A stretch of 62,931 nt of DNA from Synechococcus sp. (lineage in GTDB: Bacteria > Cyanobacteriota > Cyanobacteriia > Thermostichales > PCC-7336): the NCBI GenBank assembly GCA_051439425.1, contig JBFRWD010000064.1:1-62931 (forward strand), written 5' to 3'. Position numbers and translations under genes: made by a program. Of the stretch, positions 10,119 through 19,688 are shown in pieces (the first letter of the stretch is position 1; each line of letters begins with the position of its first letter). The notes under the pieces were generated by a model. The model saw only the letters and a list, made by a program, of their open reading frames with translations, ran no database searches and had not been told where the DNA came from.

Positions 10119-11489
10119 ATGGTGACTGAGAACCACCAGTTATCAATTAACCCCGAGCAGTTACTTGAAGTCGCGATCGCTGCTGGGGTAACCGATGCAG
10201 AAGTGTATTGGTCTGCGTCCACAAGCCGGCAAGTGACATTTGAAGGGAATCGTCTGACTCAGGTCGAGAACCTGGAGTCGCAAGGAATTGCACTGCGGGT
10301 GTGGCAGGACGGCCGATGTGGGTTGGCTGTGGCTTGTGGGCCTGTGGATGCGCAGTTGGTGGTGGAGAGGGCGTTGGCATTAAGCCAGCTCAGCCAACGA
10401 GGGGGAAGACAATTGGGGGATATGGAATTAGGCGATCGCTCTCCAGCCTCGTGGGATATCGAACCATTTGAGCTGACTACCGAAGCGTTAGTCGAGATGG
10501 GGCGGGGGGGAATTGCAAAACTGCGCGATCTGCAGCCCGATGCTATCTGCAATGGCGAGCTTAGTTGGGACATCTCGACCATTGGTTTACTCAATTCTCG
10601 TGGGATGAATTGTCAGTTTGTGGACTACAGCGCTGATGGGTATGTGGGGGTGGAATGGGTGCGTGGGGATGACTTTTTGGAGGTGGATGCCGGACAGTCG
10701 GTGTCCCCTCGCCCCGGACAGACGGTGCAAGATTTGGAGGTCGATCGCTGGGTTGAGGCGATTGCACGGCGCTTGAGATGGGCGACTGATGCAGTGGAGA
10801 TTGAGGGCGATCGCTATCCTGTAATTCTGCTGCCCGCTGCGACAGAGCTGGTATTGGATTCTGCAGTGGCAGCACTGGATGGTCGACAGTTGGTGCGGCG
10901 ATCGTCTCCCTGGCACGATAAGCAAGGGACGCAGGTGATGTCTTCATTATTGTCGTTGTCCCAGTATCCGCTATTGGGGCCGTTTGGGGTGCCGTTTGAT
11001 GATGAGGGGGTGGCTACCCAGGCTGTGGATTATGTGAAGGACGGTGTGTTGCGGCAGGGATTTTGCGATCGCCGATTTGCCGCCAAACTCAGCGTGGATC
11101 CTACTGGAAATGGATTTCGCCCCGGACTGAATCACTATCCCGAACCGGGATTGGTCAATCTTGTTTTGCCGGAACCGTCGGTATCGTTCGCACAGCTGTT
11201 GGAACGGATGGGGACTGGTCTGTTGGTGGAGCGCGTGATGGGAAATTTTGGAGAGTTATCCGGTGAGTTTTCCGTCACGGTGGAGTTGGGATATTGGGTG
11301 GACGTTGGCGAGATTGTGGGACGTGTGAAAGATGTCATGCTGGCGGGAAATGCTTATACCGCGCTGAATTCTGTGGAGATGCTGGGGGCTTGTCCGGATG
11401 CCTTGTGGAGTGATGGTCGAGACTGGGCGGGGGCTTATGGCACGCCGTTAATGTTGCTGGATGGGATGTCGGCGATCTCCCATAACTAG
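10119..11489 (+). CDS. TldD/PmbA family metalloprotease subunit (PmbA-like)
   Basis: AEVY, GIALRV, PFDDEG, PTGNGFR, GRVKDVMLAGN; no HExxH motif. Confidence 0.9.
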   Translation: MVTENHQLSINPEQLLEVAIAAGVTDAEVYWSASTSRQVTFEGNRLTQVENLESQGIALRVWQDGRCGLAVACGPVDAQLVVERALALSQLSQRGGRQLGDMELGDRSPASWDIEPFELTTEALVEMGRGGIAKLRDLQPDAICNGELSWDISTIGLLNSRGMNCQFVDYSADGYVGVEWVRGDDFLEVDAGQSVSPRPGQTVQDLEVDRWVEAIARRLRWATDAVEIEGDRYPVILLPAATELVLDSAVAALDGRQLVRRSSPWHDKQGTQVMSSLLSLSQYPLLGPFGVPFDDEGVATQAVDYVKDGVLRQGFCDRRFAAKLSVDPTGNGFRPGLNHYPEPGLVNLVLPEPSVSFAQLLERMGTGLLVERVMGNFGELSGEFSVTVELGYWVDVGEIVGRVKDVMLAGNAYTALNSVEMLGACPDALWSDGRDWAGAYGTPLMLLDGMSAISHN

Positions 11490-11769
11490 AACCCACTACT
11501 AGAACCCGCGATAGTCGCTAGCCTCCTACTCTCGGCGGCGGTATGCGACGTCACCATGTGGAGCGTTATTGGTGCGGTGGCTAGATTGGTGAGGAGCAGG
11601 TTGCTAACACTACAGAGCTTGCCATTTGAGTTAAGACACAGTCTTTCATACAAAACAAATAAACATCCAGGCAGAATCGTTGGCTATAGTATTTGCCATT
11701 TCAGTTAGGACAGAGGTTCCGATCGCAGTCAGGCCTAGACATAGCTGAAATGTCTGCAGTGGTATGGCC

Positions 11770-11837
11770 ACTGCTATACCTTTGCTCGTCCAATCGTATT
11801 TGTGGATTTTTAGGTGCTTACAGAATGGGCAGTTCAT
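11770..11837 (-). pseudogene. IS1-family transposase N-terminal remnant
   Basis: MNCPFCKHLKIHKYDWTSKG resembles the InsA zinc-ribbon start; the rest is absent. Confidence 0.45.
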
Positions 11838-11867
11838 CTCTCGCTCTTGTGGCAAGAAATTTAAGTA

Positions 11868-11902
11868 AAACGCCTCCACAGGTCAAACCTGTGGAGGCGT
11901 TT
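11868..11902 (-). terminator. Intrinsic terminator of amiF
   Basis: Perfect 15-bp stem AAACGCCTCCACAGG/CCTGTGGAGGCGTTT, T-rich on the minus strand. Confidence 0.88.
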
Positions 11903-11932
11903 CACAATAATAAAATAAATAGAGAAGTAGGT

Positions 11933-12979
11933 TTAAGAACCAGCTTCAACCAAGGTCTTGGAAGACCCTTCTTCGGATGGAAGAGGACCTAACTTTACGC
12001 CATCAGGATAGTATTCCCATCCATCTTTGATCTTGATGTCTTTATCCCAAGGTAACTCGTACTTTCCTTCCGCTAGGTCTTTCACCCATGTCAGGTAATT
12101 TTCGCGACCTCCACCTGGTTTACCCACATATCCTCTGCAGCCAACATTGAAGATATTATTTTCCAGAGCCCAATTCTTGCGAGCTTCATCCACCATTCTT
12201 GGGAACAGTTCGGCTGTCACTATTTCCCAAGGATTGCGATGGCCTTGCTGAATGACATTGCCATCGTAGTTGCACACAGTTCCTTCACCAAAGTAGTAGA
12301 ACACGCCATCGTAACCCGCCAAGTTAACGGAGATGGTGTACATCAAGTTTTGCCAAGCATTCGTCTGGTTGGTCAAAATCCATTGATCGTTGACCTGAGT
12401 CGAATAGCCGGAGATACGTATGTAAACATTGGCTCCTTTGTAGGCAGCTTCCCGTGCTAACTCAGGGAACATTCCATCGTGACAAATACAGACTGCAAGC
12501 TTAGACCCCTTTGGACCATCACATACAGGCATTCCATAATTTCCTGGATACCAAGGTTCAATCGGCACCCAAGGTTGAAGTTTGCGATAGTGAAGGGCAA
12601 TTTCTCCCTCATCATTGATGATGATTGCAGTATTAAAGGGAGGCAGCCCAGGGACGTCATTTTTCTCCATAAGAGAAAAGACACCCCAGACTTTATTACG
12701 CACACAAGCTTCTTTGAATTGTTCGATTTCTGGACTATCTACCGTCAAAAGCATTTCGTCGTATGTCCAGATCTTCGTATTCAACCCTTGAGTTGAATAC
12801 TCAGGCATCACAATAAGATCCAGGCCAGGATAGCCCGCTTTAGTGTTATCGACGGCCTTACAAATTTGCTTGACCTGAGTCTGAATATCTTCTGGGCCAG
12901 TTATGACCGGAACCGGGTACTGAATCATCGCAACTAGCAAAGACTCAGACCAAGAGCTAACGCTTCCTGTACTACCCAT
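11933..12979 (-). CDS. amiF: Formamidase, nitrilase superfamily (AmiF type)
   Basis: MGSTGS start, [27 protein letters not shown]; Glu-Lys-Cys triad ([17 protein letters not shown]). Confidence 0.92.
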   Translation of the reverse strand: MGSTGSVSSWSESLLVAMIQYPVPVITGPEDIQTQVKQICKAVDNTKAGYPGLDLIVMPEYSTQGLNTKIWTYDEMLLTVDSPEIEQFKEACVRNKVWGVFSLMEKNDVPGLPPFNTAIIINDEGEIALHYRKLQPWVPIEPWYPGNYGMPVCDGPKGSKLAVCICHDGMFPELAREAAYKGANVYIRISGYSTQVNDQWILTNQTNAWQNLMYTISVNLAGYDGVFYYFGEGTVCNYDGNVIQQGHRNPWEIVTAELFPRMVDEARKNWALENNIFNVGCRGYVGKPGGGRENYLTWVKDLAEGKYELPWDKDIKIKDGWEYYPDGVKLGPLPSEEGSSKTLVEAGS

Positions 12980-13070
12980 ATGGAATATCTCCTACAAGAG
13001 ATGCTTTATATGGCAAGCATCTTAGGCAAATGACTTGGCGAACAAAGTATCAACAGACACAAAACAAGAA

Positions 13071-13085
13071 TGATAATCATTCCCA
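13071..13085. promoter_or_regulatory. Zur-like (Fur-family) box upstream of amiF
   Basis: TGATAATCATTCCCA against the 7-1-7 consensus TGATAATNATTATCA; ~90 bp upstream of the amiF start. Confidence 0.7.
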
Positions 13086-13679
13086 TTCTCGTCTCTTGAA
13101 CCTAATTTGTGGTCCCGATAAAATCGGAATATTTTGTTAATTTAAATTCAAGCAGCCCTTGTCCCCTTATTTTTTACATTTATGTTGAAATTAAAGAGTA
13201 AAATTTTTTCAATTTCAATACTGTCTTTGTGTCTCTCTGCAAGTATTCGTCTTGTCAGCCGTTGAGCTGACGTTGGGGTTCACACACACTCTCTCAACGG
13301 CTACTAGCAACCGTTTGCTAACCTTCCACGAGACCTATCTGGGGGCAGTGCCAGGACGAAGTACTCTACTTCAGCGGATCGCCGCTCTCTCGAATGCTGT
13401 CCACAATCGCATCGACTAGGCCGTCGGAAGAAAAAGTTCGTCAACGAAAGTGAATCCCTATTCGGTGTTGGGAACAAACTGCACAAGAAAATATCCCCCG
13501 CCCGGAACACTATTCTGGCGGGAGACTATGATTTCTATACTATTTACTGTCTATTGGAGTCGTCAATTATCAAGATTCATCCATCTGAAAATGGCAGATA
13601 CATCATCCACCTCAAGGGGAAAGTTTGTCGATAGAGGTAGACGTCTTGATTCGTTTCCCTTTTGAACAATTAGAAAAGC

Positions 13680-14000
13680 TTAATGGGGGCGGGAACCCTG
13701 ATGATGTCGCACCATATCTAGCAGTTGTGGCTGAAGCGGAGACCCATCGCGTACCTGTTTCACGGCACTGATGCAGGTGTTACAAGTACAACCAAATCTA
13801 GAAAGCGCAGCTTCTTGCTCTTCAATGCTGCAGCTTAATGCTGGAGATGATGAATCTTCTTGGGCGAGGACTGCACCCGAAGCTGAGATAGAAGTAAACT
13901 CTGCTACTCCACGGCTGGCATCCGATGCAAACGCAGGAATATGAACACAAAGGACCCAGCCGATAGAGCTACTGAGAAGGGCTAAAGACAGTCTTCGCAT
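13680..14000 (-). CDS. Small secreted protein with a CxCxxC motif
   Basis: Signal peptide MRRLSLALL...PAFA, then FGCTCNTCISAVKQVR; divergent from folE. Confidence 0.7.
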   Translation of the reverse strand: MRRLSLALLSSSIGWVLCVHIPAFASDASRGVAEFTSISASGAVLAQEDSSSPALSCSIEEQEAALSRFGCTCNTCISAVKQVRDGSPLQPQLLDMVRHHQGSRPH

Positions 14001-14423
14001 TATGGAAAAAAATAAACTCACCACTGGAGCTATGTTATCCAAGTTTTTCATGGCGGGGACCCAGTACACTTCTACAATTCCCCGAAAACTACTGTCAGCG
14101 ACATAGTGTTTCGAAAACCGCCATTCAAGGCTATCGCGATGTGTTGCCGTGCTCCAAGGATCAAGAGGGCAGTCCCAGCTTGCCCTTACCGCAACTCGTT
14201 ATTCGTCTCATCACCTTAAATCAGAGAGGAATTTGTAGGTTCTCTGTTGGCATGACAATGCATTAACAATCTCGATACCGCTCCATTGAAAAGCTCCATC
14301 CTGCCCCTTCGTGGCCTCTTGTGAAGGTCGAAGCATTATTGCTGCTAAGCGACCCGATATTGGTAGGTCGTGAACTCAAGAGAGGAAAATCGGCGTGGAG
14401 ATGTTGCGCAATGTAAAGTATAG

Positions 14424-14438
14424 TGAGAACGATTATCA
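14424..14438. promoter_or_regulatory. Zur-like box overlapping a -10 element, upstream of folE
   Basis: TGAGAACGATTATCA immediately after TATAGT (14419-14424). Confidence 0.78.
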
Positions 14439-14682
14439 TTCCTGAAGCGAACTGTTCGATCGGCTTGTTTGACCTAGGAATTTGGGAACGTCAAACTTCT
14501 GGCATTGTTTCTCAATACCTTGAAGCTGGCTCGGTATCGAATGCGCAACAGACTTCGATTGAGAGAGTTAAACGGGTTTCATAACAGCTTTGCTTGATGC
14601 AATCACTTGTTCTGTTGTGGATACATCTACTTGACTACCCCAGCCGAAGCCTAGACAAAGTCAATCAGTTACCCAACAAACC

Positions 14683-15321
14683 ATGACAATTTCGATCACT
14701 CCGGATTCCATTCGCAACAACGACCTGCTGGAATCCGCTCACCCTCAGATAACAACACAGGAAATGGAGCAGGCGGTTCGAACGCTGCTTTTGGGGTTGG
14801 GAGAAGATCCAGACCGTGAAGGCTTGGAAAATACGCCCAAACGCGTTGTGAAAGCATTGAAATTTCTAACCTCTGGGTATCAGCAGTCCGTGGATGAATT
14901 GCTGAACGGAGCCATCTTTCACGAAAATGCCGACGAGATGGTGCTCGTGCGAGATATTGACATCTTCAGCTCTTGCGAACACCACATCTTGCCGATTTTG
15001 GGACGGGCTCATGTTGCCTACATTCCCGATGGCAAAGTAATTGGCCTGTCGAAAATTGCACGGATTTGCGAAATGTACGCTCGCCGCCTACAGGTGCAAG
15101 AGCGGTTGACAGGTCAAATTGCCGATGCGTTGCAAGGGTTGCTGAAACCTCAAGGGGTTGCAGTCGTCGTTGAGGCCAGCCATATGTGCATGGTGATGCG
15201 GGGTGTGCAAAAACCGGGGTCCTGGACTGTTACCAGTGCAATGCGAGGGGTGTTTGCTGAGGATGCTAAAACTCGGCAGGAATTTATGGGATTAGTGAGC
15301 CATCCTGCCCAGTTACGCTAA
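14683..15321 (+). CDS. folE: GTP cyclohydrolase I
   Basis: [50 protein letters not shown]. Confidence 0.97.
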   Translation: MTISITPDSIRNNDLLESAHPQITTQEMEQAVRTLLLGLGEDPDREGLENTPKRVVKALKFLTSGYQQSVDELLNGAIFHENADEMVLVRDIDIFSSCEHHILPILGRAHVAYIPDGKVIGLSKIARICEMYARRLQVQERLTGQIADALQGLLKPQGVAVVVEASHMCMVMRGVQKPGSWTVTSAMRGVFAEDAKTRQEFMGLVSHPAQLR

Positions 15322-15446
15322 CTATTTTTGATGCTGTTGCCAGCTTTCTCTCGCTGGCAATGGTGTTGTCCGGTGGTGAAAATTGGCCTGCCGCAGCCAC
15401 TCAGAAGTTAGGGTCTGAGGTAGCTTCTACAGCAGGGTCGCTCTGC

Positions 15447-16766
15447 TCAGGAGTTTAGATGTACAAGGTTTTGCCTCACTCCGGGATTTTTGAGTAGGGC
15501 CGGCACAATTCGATTGCTTGCTAACCGTGCCCCGAATAAATTACGCGCTACGGGACCAATTCGGAGTGCAGCGGCTCCGCCCATGATAAAGAGATTGCAC
15601 CCCGGCCAGCGAAGAAATTCATCCAGAATAGGTACTCCGTGGACAGTCGGGCATGGGAACTGGGACTGTATCTCAGACAGAAGCTCCCAATTGTCGACGT
15701 TCAGTTGGTTGCCTGTCGCTAGCCAGATGCGATCGATGGCTTGGTGGGCAATACAGGAGTGATGGTCGGGGTGCTCGCACTCTACTCTCCAAGCGTCTCC
15801 TTCCCATTGGGCCTGCTTCACTTCACAGTGTTCGAAAAACGTCAGTTTCTGCTCGTGTGAATTTCGCCGCAAGCGGGTCAGGACTGCTGGGGTGAGCGAC
15901 CCTCCATTTCGAGCCGCTTGCATCATCTGCCACCGTCGAGTCCAGTCCGGTTCGGCATGAAACTTCTTTAAGTATTTAGGCCCCAACCACCCAGGATCGG
16001 TGTCGAACAGCTTCTCGTAAAACTCTCGGCGGGCCATCATCATGACGGTTGCCCCCCGAGCGATCGCCCCCAGTGCTAGATGACCGCTGGTCAGTCCGCT
16101 GCCAACAATGAGGACTCTTTCCCCAGCCAGCTTGAGGGGCTGCAAATCGACATGCCGCGAATGCAGTAGCCGTTCGGCGGGGTAGGGGGAAAGTATGCGG
16201 GAGACCCAGTCAGGCAGGTGCTGAGTTCCTCCTCCCATTGCCAGCACAACCCTCCTGGTGTACATGCTGCGTCCATCAGCCATGACAAGGCGAAAGCGCT
16301 GCTTTTTCCATACAGAGCGACAGTGCTCGATGCTGACTACCCGGGCAGAGATGACCTTCTCAGCTAACCCCCAGCGCTCGATAGTGTGGTGGCAAAAGGC
16401 TCGAAACAAAGAGGTCCCCGGCAAATCGTAAGGGGGAAATAGTTCGTTAGGACGACCAGCCGCAAATGCTCGCAGGGCGTGGGGATTGGGGTCGGGATGG
16501 TGGACAGCGGGTGATCGCAAATGGGTGATGTCCATGGCTGCGAATTGATGGTGCCATTGCTGCATCCACTCTCCAGCAGGATCGATCGCCACAAACCGCT
16601 CTCGCATGGATTTCTTTTTCTGAATCAGATGTGTGGCTAAGGTTAAGGCTTGAGGCCCAGCCCCCACAATAGCGATATCGATTGATTCGGGTAGATTTGC
16701 TGACTTCGGCAGATCGGTTGCTGCGCACGATGACTGCTGACGGCGATCGGCAATTGACTGAACCAT
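15447..16766 (-). CDS. FAD/NAD(P)-binding oxidoreductase (SidA/IucD-like two-dinucleotide fold)
   Basis: GAGPQAL, HLRSPAVHHPDP, second Rossmann motif VGSGLTSGHL, WLATG, GPVARNLFGA. Confidence 0.85.
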   Translation of the reverse strand: MVQSIADRRQQSSCAATDLPKSANLPESIDIAIVGAGPQALTLATHLIQKKKSMRERFVAIDPAGEWMQQWHHQFAAMDITHLRSPAVHHPDPNPHALRAFAAGRPNELFPPYDLPGTSLFRAFCHHTIERWGLAEKVISARVVSIEHCRSVWKKQRFRLVMADGRSMYTRRVVLAMGGGTQHLPDWVSRILSPYPAERLLHSRHVDLQPLKLAGERVLIVGSGLTSGHLALGAIARGATVMMMARREFYEKLFDTDPGWLGPKYLKKFHAEPDWTRRWQMMQAARNGGSLTPAVLTRLRRNSHEQKLTFFEHCEVKQAQWEGDAWRVECEHPDHHSCIAHQAIDRIWLATGNQLNVDNWELLSEIQSQFPCPTVHGVPILDEFLRWPGCNLFIMGGAAALRIGPVARNLFGARLASNRIVPALLKNPGVRQNLVHLNS

Positions 16767-16793
16767 TGACAGGGCTTGGTTTTCGAAGAAGAA

Positions 16794-16808
16794 TGAGAAT
16801 CGTTCTCA
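16794..16808. promoter_or_regulatory. Zur-like box in a divergent promoter
   Basis: Near-palindrome TGAGAATCGTTCTCA between the oxidoreductase and the CobW-like gene. Confidence 0.8.
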
Positions 16809-16904
16809 TGATATCGTCTGGCGACGGCTCTGTTGAGTCTTGCTATCTGTCAACCGCTGCTATCTTCCACTAGTCGACTTTGTTTGTATTGGATTGGGTT
16901 GCCA

Positions 16905-17675
16905 ATGACTCACGCATCTATCGTTGCTGTAGCTGGCCCCTCCGGTGTTGGAAAAACCACTTGGATCGCTCAGTGCCTCGACGATGTTAACCAGCCAGCT
17001 ATATATGTACCGGCGGGACGTAGAGATATTGCCGTCGAGCTTGCCTATATAGGCTATCGGTTCCCTCGTGTCCGTGTGGCGGATGAGAAAAAGCTTTCGC
17101 ATCTACTTGATACACTCAGCGAGCCTACGGTCGTTTATATCGAACTAGACTTTTCCCTGGATTTGCAATTGCCACTAGCAATGCAAGAGTCCAGTCGCCG
17201 AGTGGCGATCCTGCCCCCCTCTCTGAAGGATTCTAGATGGCACGGCTGGGCGGACGAGATTTTGCCTGGAAATGAAATTGCTACTTTCGACCCGGCCCAG
17301 ATGCCGGAATTATGGACCATGTCGCTGGCGGGTCAGGTGTTTGACGCCCCTAGTTTGGATGACATCACGATCGAACTTACGGAGGGAGCCTACGGCAAAG
17401 TTCATCGGATGAAGGGGATGTTCGAGCTGCCGGATGGTCGCTCATTTCATGTCGATTTTGTTGAGGGCCTGGACGGCCTGGAATATGCCGAGCTGAATTT
17501 GCCGCGCTGGTTGGACGGAAGACCGCAACGCTTTAGCGGCATCGAGGTGGTGGGGTGGAACCTTGAGGGTGAGACCATTGCTCAAACTCTGCTCGATGGA
17601 TGTCTCTCCGATGAGGCGATCGCCCACTACCAGGATCAGTACAAGTCTTTAGTTCCTCAAGCAGCAGCTCTATGA
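16905..17675 (+). CDS. Truncated COG0523/CobW-like protein (P-loop plus CobW C-terminal domain)
   Basis: Walker A GPSGVGKTT; CobW_C-like 'GAYGKVHRMKGMFEL'; no CxCC motif. Confidence 0.8.
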   Translation: MTHASIVAVAGPSGVGKTTWIAQCLDDVNQPAIYVPAGRRDIAVELAYIGYRFPRVRVADEKKLSHLLDTLSEPTVVYIELDFSLDLQLPLAMQESSRRVAILPPSLKDSRWHGWADEILPGNEIATFDPAQMPELWTMSLAGQVFDAPSLDDITIELTEGAYGKVHRMKGMFELPDGRSFHVDFVEGLDGLEYAELNLPRWLDGRPQRFSGIEVVGWNLEGETIAQTLLDGCLSDEAIAHYQDQYKSLVPQAAAL

Positions 17676-18493
17676 AACTTGCGGTTATCTCTTGCATCCA
17701 TGGCAACTACGAAGCGCTTAATGCCGTTCTGTCCGACATTGACGCTCACCATGCCGAGAAAATCTACTGTCTGGGGGATCTCGTCGGCTATGGCCCGCAT
17801 CCAAATGCGGTTGTAGAAATGATTCGCTCCCTCGACATTCCCACCTGCCAGGGGTGTTGGGATGAAGATATTGTGGATGGTTTGAACGCCTGTGACTGTA
17901 GCTATCCCTCGCAACTAGCAGAAAAGCGGGGCAAGCTGGCCCACGAGTGGACCGACCGAGTCATTCATCCAGAAGTTCGGGAGTACTTGGCTGCTCTACC
18001 GTTGACCATCCGCGATGATAATCTCTGCTTTGTGCATGGCAGCCCCAATAGTCAGCACGAATATCTGTTACCCAGCATGGATGGGTTTGCTGCCTTGGAA
18101 CGGGTGCTATCGGTAGACGCTGATGTTTTGTTCTGCGGACATACTCACGTTCCGTACGTGCGGACATTGGATAACGGCTCCATTACAGTCCGTCTTCAGC
18201 AACCCACCCGGCGATCGGAGGGGTCCACAACGCAGCAGTTTACCTCACCGCTCAAGACCATCATTAATGCGGGCTCGGTGGGGGAACCTCGACACGGACG
18301 GCCAAATGCAACCTATGTCTTGTACGACACCGACACCATGCAGGCCACCTTGCGCGAAGTGCCTTACGAGTTCACCAAAACTTGCATGGCTATTCTGGAA
18401 AGTGGATTGCCTCCTATCTTTGCTTGGCGTCTAGCACGGGGGATGGAATTTGCAGAGCGGGCCGATGACCCCAGCCACGTGTGTCAGCGATAA
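17672..18493 (+). CDS. Metallophosphoesterase (calcineurin-like), Cys-substituted
   Basis: SCIHGN, GDLVGYG, GCWDE, HGSP, GHTH, NAGSVGEPR; ATGA overlap with the upstream gene. Confidence 0.9.
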   Translation: MKLAVISCIHGNYEALNAVLSDIDAHHAEKIYCLGDLVGYGPHPNAVVEMIRSLDIPTCQGCWDEDIVDGLNACDCSYPSQLAEKRGKLAHEWTDRVIHPEVREYLAALPLTIRDDNLCFVHGSPNSQHEYLLPSMDGFAALERVLSVDADVLFCGHTHVPYVRTLDNGSITVRLQQPTRRSEGSTTQQFTSPLKTIINAGSVGEPRHGRPNATYVLYDTDTMQATLREVPYEFTKTCMAILESGLPPIFAWRLARGMEFAERADDPSHVCQR

Positions 18494-18554
18494 AGGTGAA
18501 TTCTCTTTTTTAACGTTGACAGAGCATTAGCGGGACATGACGGAAGGAGTTTCC

Positions 18555-19298
18555 ATGCACTGGGCAATTCTAAGCGGCATTGAAGGAAATCTATCAGCTT
18601 ACGAAGCCGTACTGAAGGATATACAGCGGCAGAAACATCGGGTCACCGATCTCTTCATCCTGGGAGACAGTATTGGCCTGAAGGGGGACAACCAGGCAGT
18701 ACTCCAACGGCTCAAGTCCCCAAAACCTGGAGAGCTAACCCCTCAGGTGTGTGTTGGCTGGTGGGAGGAACAATGTTTTAGCCTGCATGGACTTAGTGGA
18801 TTACCCGATGCACCAGAATTGATGGCGCAAGAGGGAGGGGATGCGGTGCAAGCGCTCTGGAAATCGCTGCCTCGGGAGTCGGTTATGTGGCTGCGATCGC
18901 TGCACTTTGGCTTCCATGAATTGGACTGTCTGTTGATTCACGGCAGCACGGTGAGTTATGCCGACGAGCTCAGTCCCAAGAGTCCAGCTATTCAGTTGTG
19001 CGATCGCCTGATTCGAGCGGATGCGAATATCCTCTTCTGCGGGCGATCTGGACAGACGTTCGAATGTCAGGTGTTTCCCCAGCACCTCCAATCATCCATC
19101 ACCACCCTAGATGGTCCGCAAGAGCCAGAGGAGCAAGGAAAAACACCCAGGCGAATTGTTGGTGTGGGGGCTGTGGGGCGGACGTCGGGTTTGGCGACCT
19201 ATACGCTCTATAATCCTGCGAGCGATCGCGTCACCTTCAATACGGTTCGCTACGGCAAAGTGCGTGGCTTTGCCCCCAAGGCAGCATCGTTGTCCTGA
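18555..19298 (+). CDS. Metallophosphoesterase-fold protein, degenerate
   Basis: SGIEGN, GDSIG, GWWEE, HGS, CGRSG; AAGGAG RBS before ATG 18555. Confidence 0.85.
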   Translation: MHWAILSGIEGNLSAYEAVLKDIQRQKHRVTDLFILGDSIGLKGDNQAVLQRLKSPKPGELTPQVCVGWWEEQCFSLHGLSGLPDAPELMAQEGGDAVQALWKSLPRESVMWLRSLHFGFHELDCLLIHGSTVSYADELSPKSPAIQLCDRLIRADANILFCGRSGQTFECQVFPQHLQSSITTLDGPQEPEEQGKTPRRIVGVGAVGRTSGLATYTLYNPASDRVTFNTVRYGKVRGFAPKAASLS

Positions 19299-19688
19299 TA
19301 GTCCTTTCTTGGGGCAAATACTGTTATTTCCCTCAACCCCACGAACACTGTTGGGAAACAGTTTGGTCGATTGCTCCGTCGAAGTAACGATTTATCGATT
19401 GGTTTTGTCTGTGGTGAGCAGCGACAGCTTGCTATCGATTAAGCCGCTATCTCGCTGTATTCCAGTTCATGCCACTAGCCCTCAAACAGGCGTGAATATC
19501 TGAAAAATGGTGCGGAGATTACAAACGGTTAACTGAGAAGCTCGGCATAATGCCAATTGGTATGGGCAGCTGCAAATCGCACCAGTGGTTTCAGTAATTA
19601 CGGATCGGGAGATCTGTAGCATTGCGGTACCAATCGACGAATGCACAACACAATTTGCACACATTAGTGAGTAGTGAGGGTAGAGCGC

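Noticed and set aside
11485..11507. ACTAGAACCC direct repeat at the TldD/PmbA gene stop
   Set aside because: Could be a TSD scar but is too short, and no element is attached
13163..13191. dif-like TTATGTTGAAAT
   Set aside because: Only the XerD-like arm resembles dif; the other arm does not match, and the context is AT-rich
14090..14400. Possible cobalamin or other riboswitch upstream of folE or the CxCxxC gene
   Set aside because: Hairpins are present but I found no B12-box or other conserved riboswitch core
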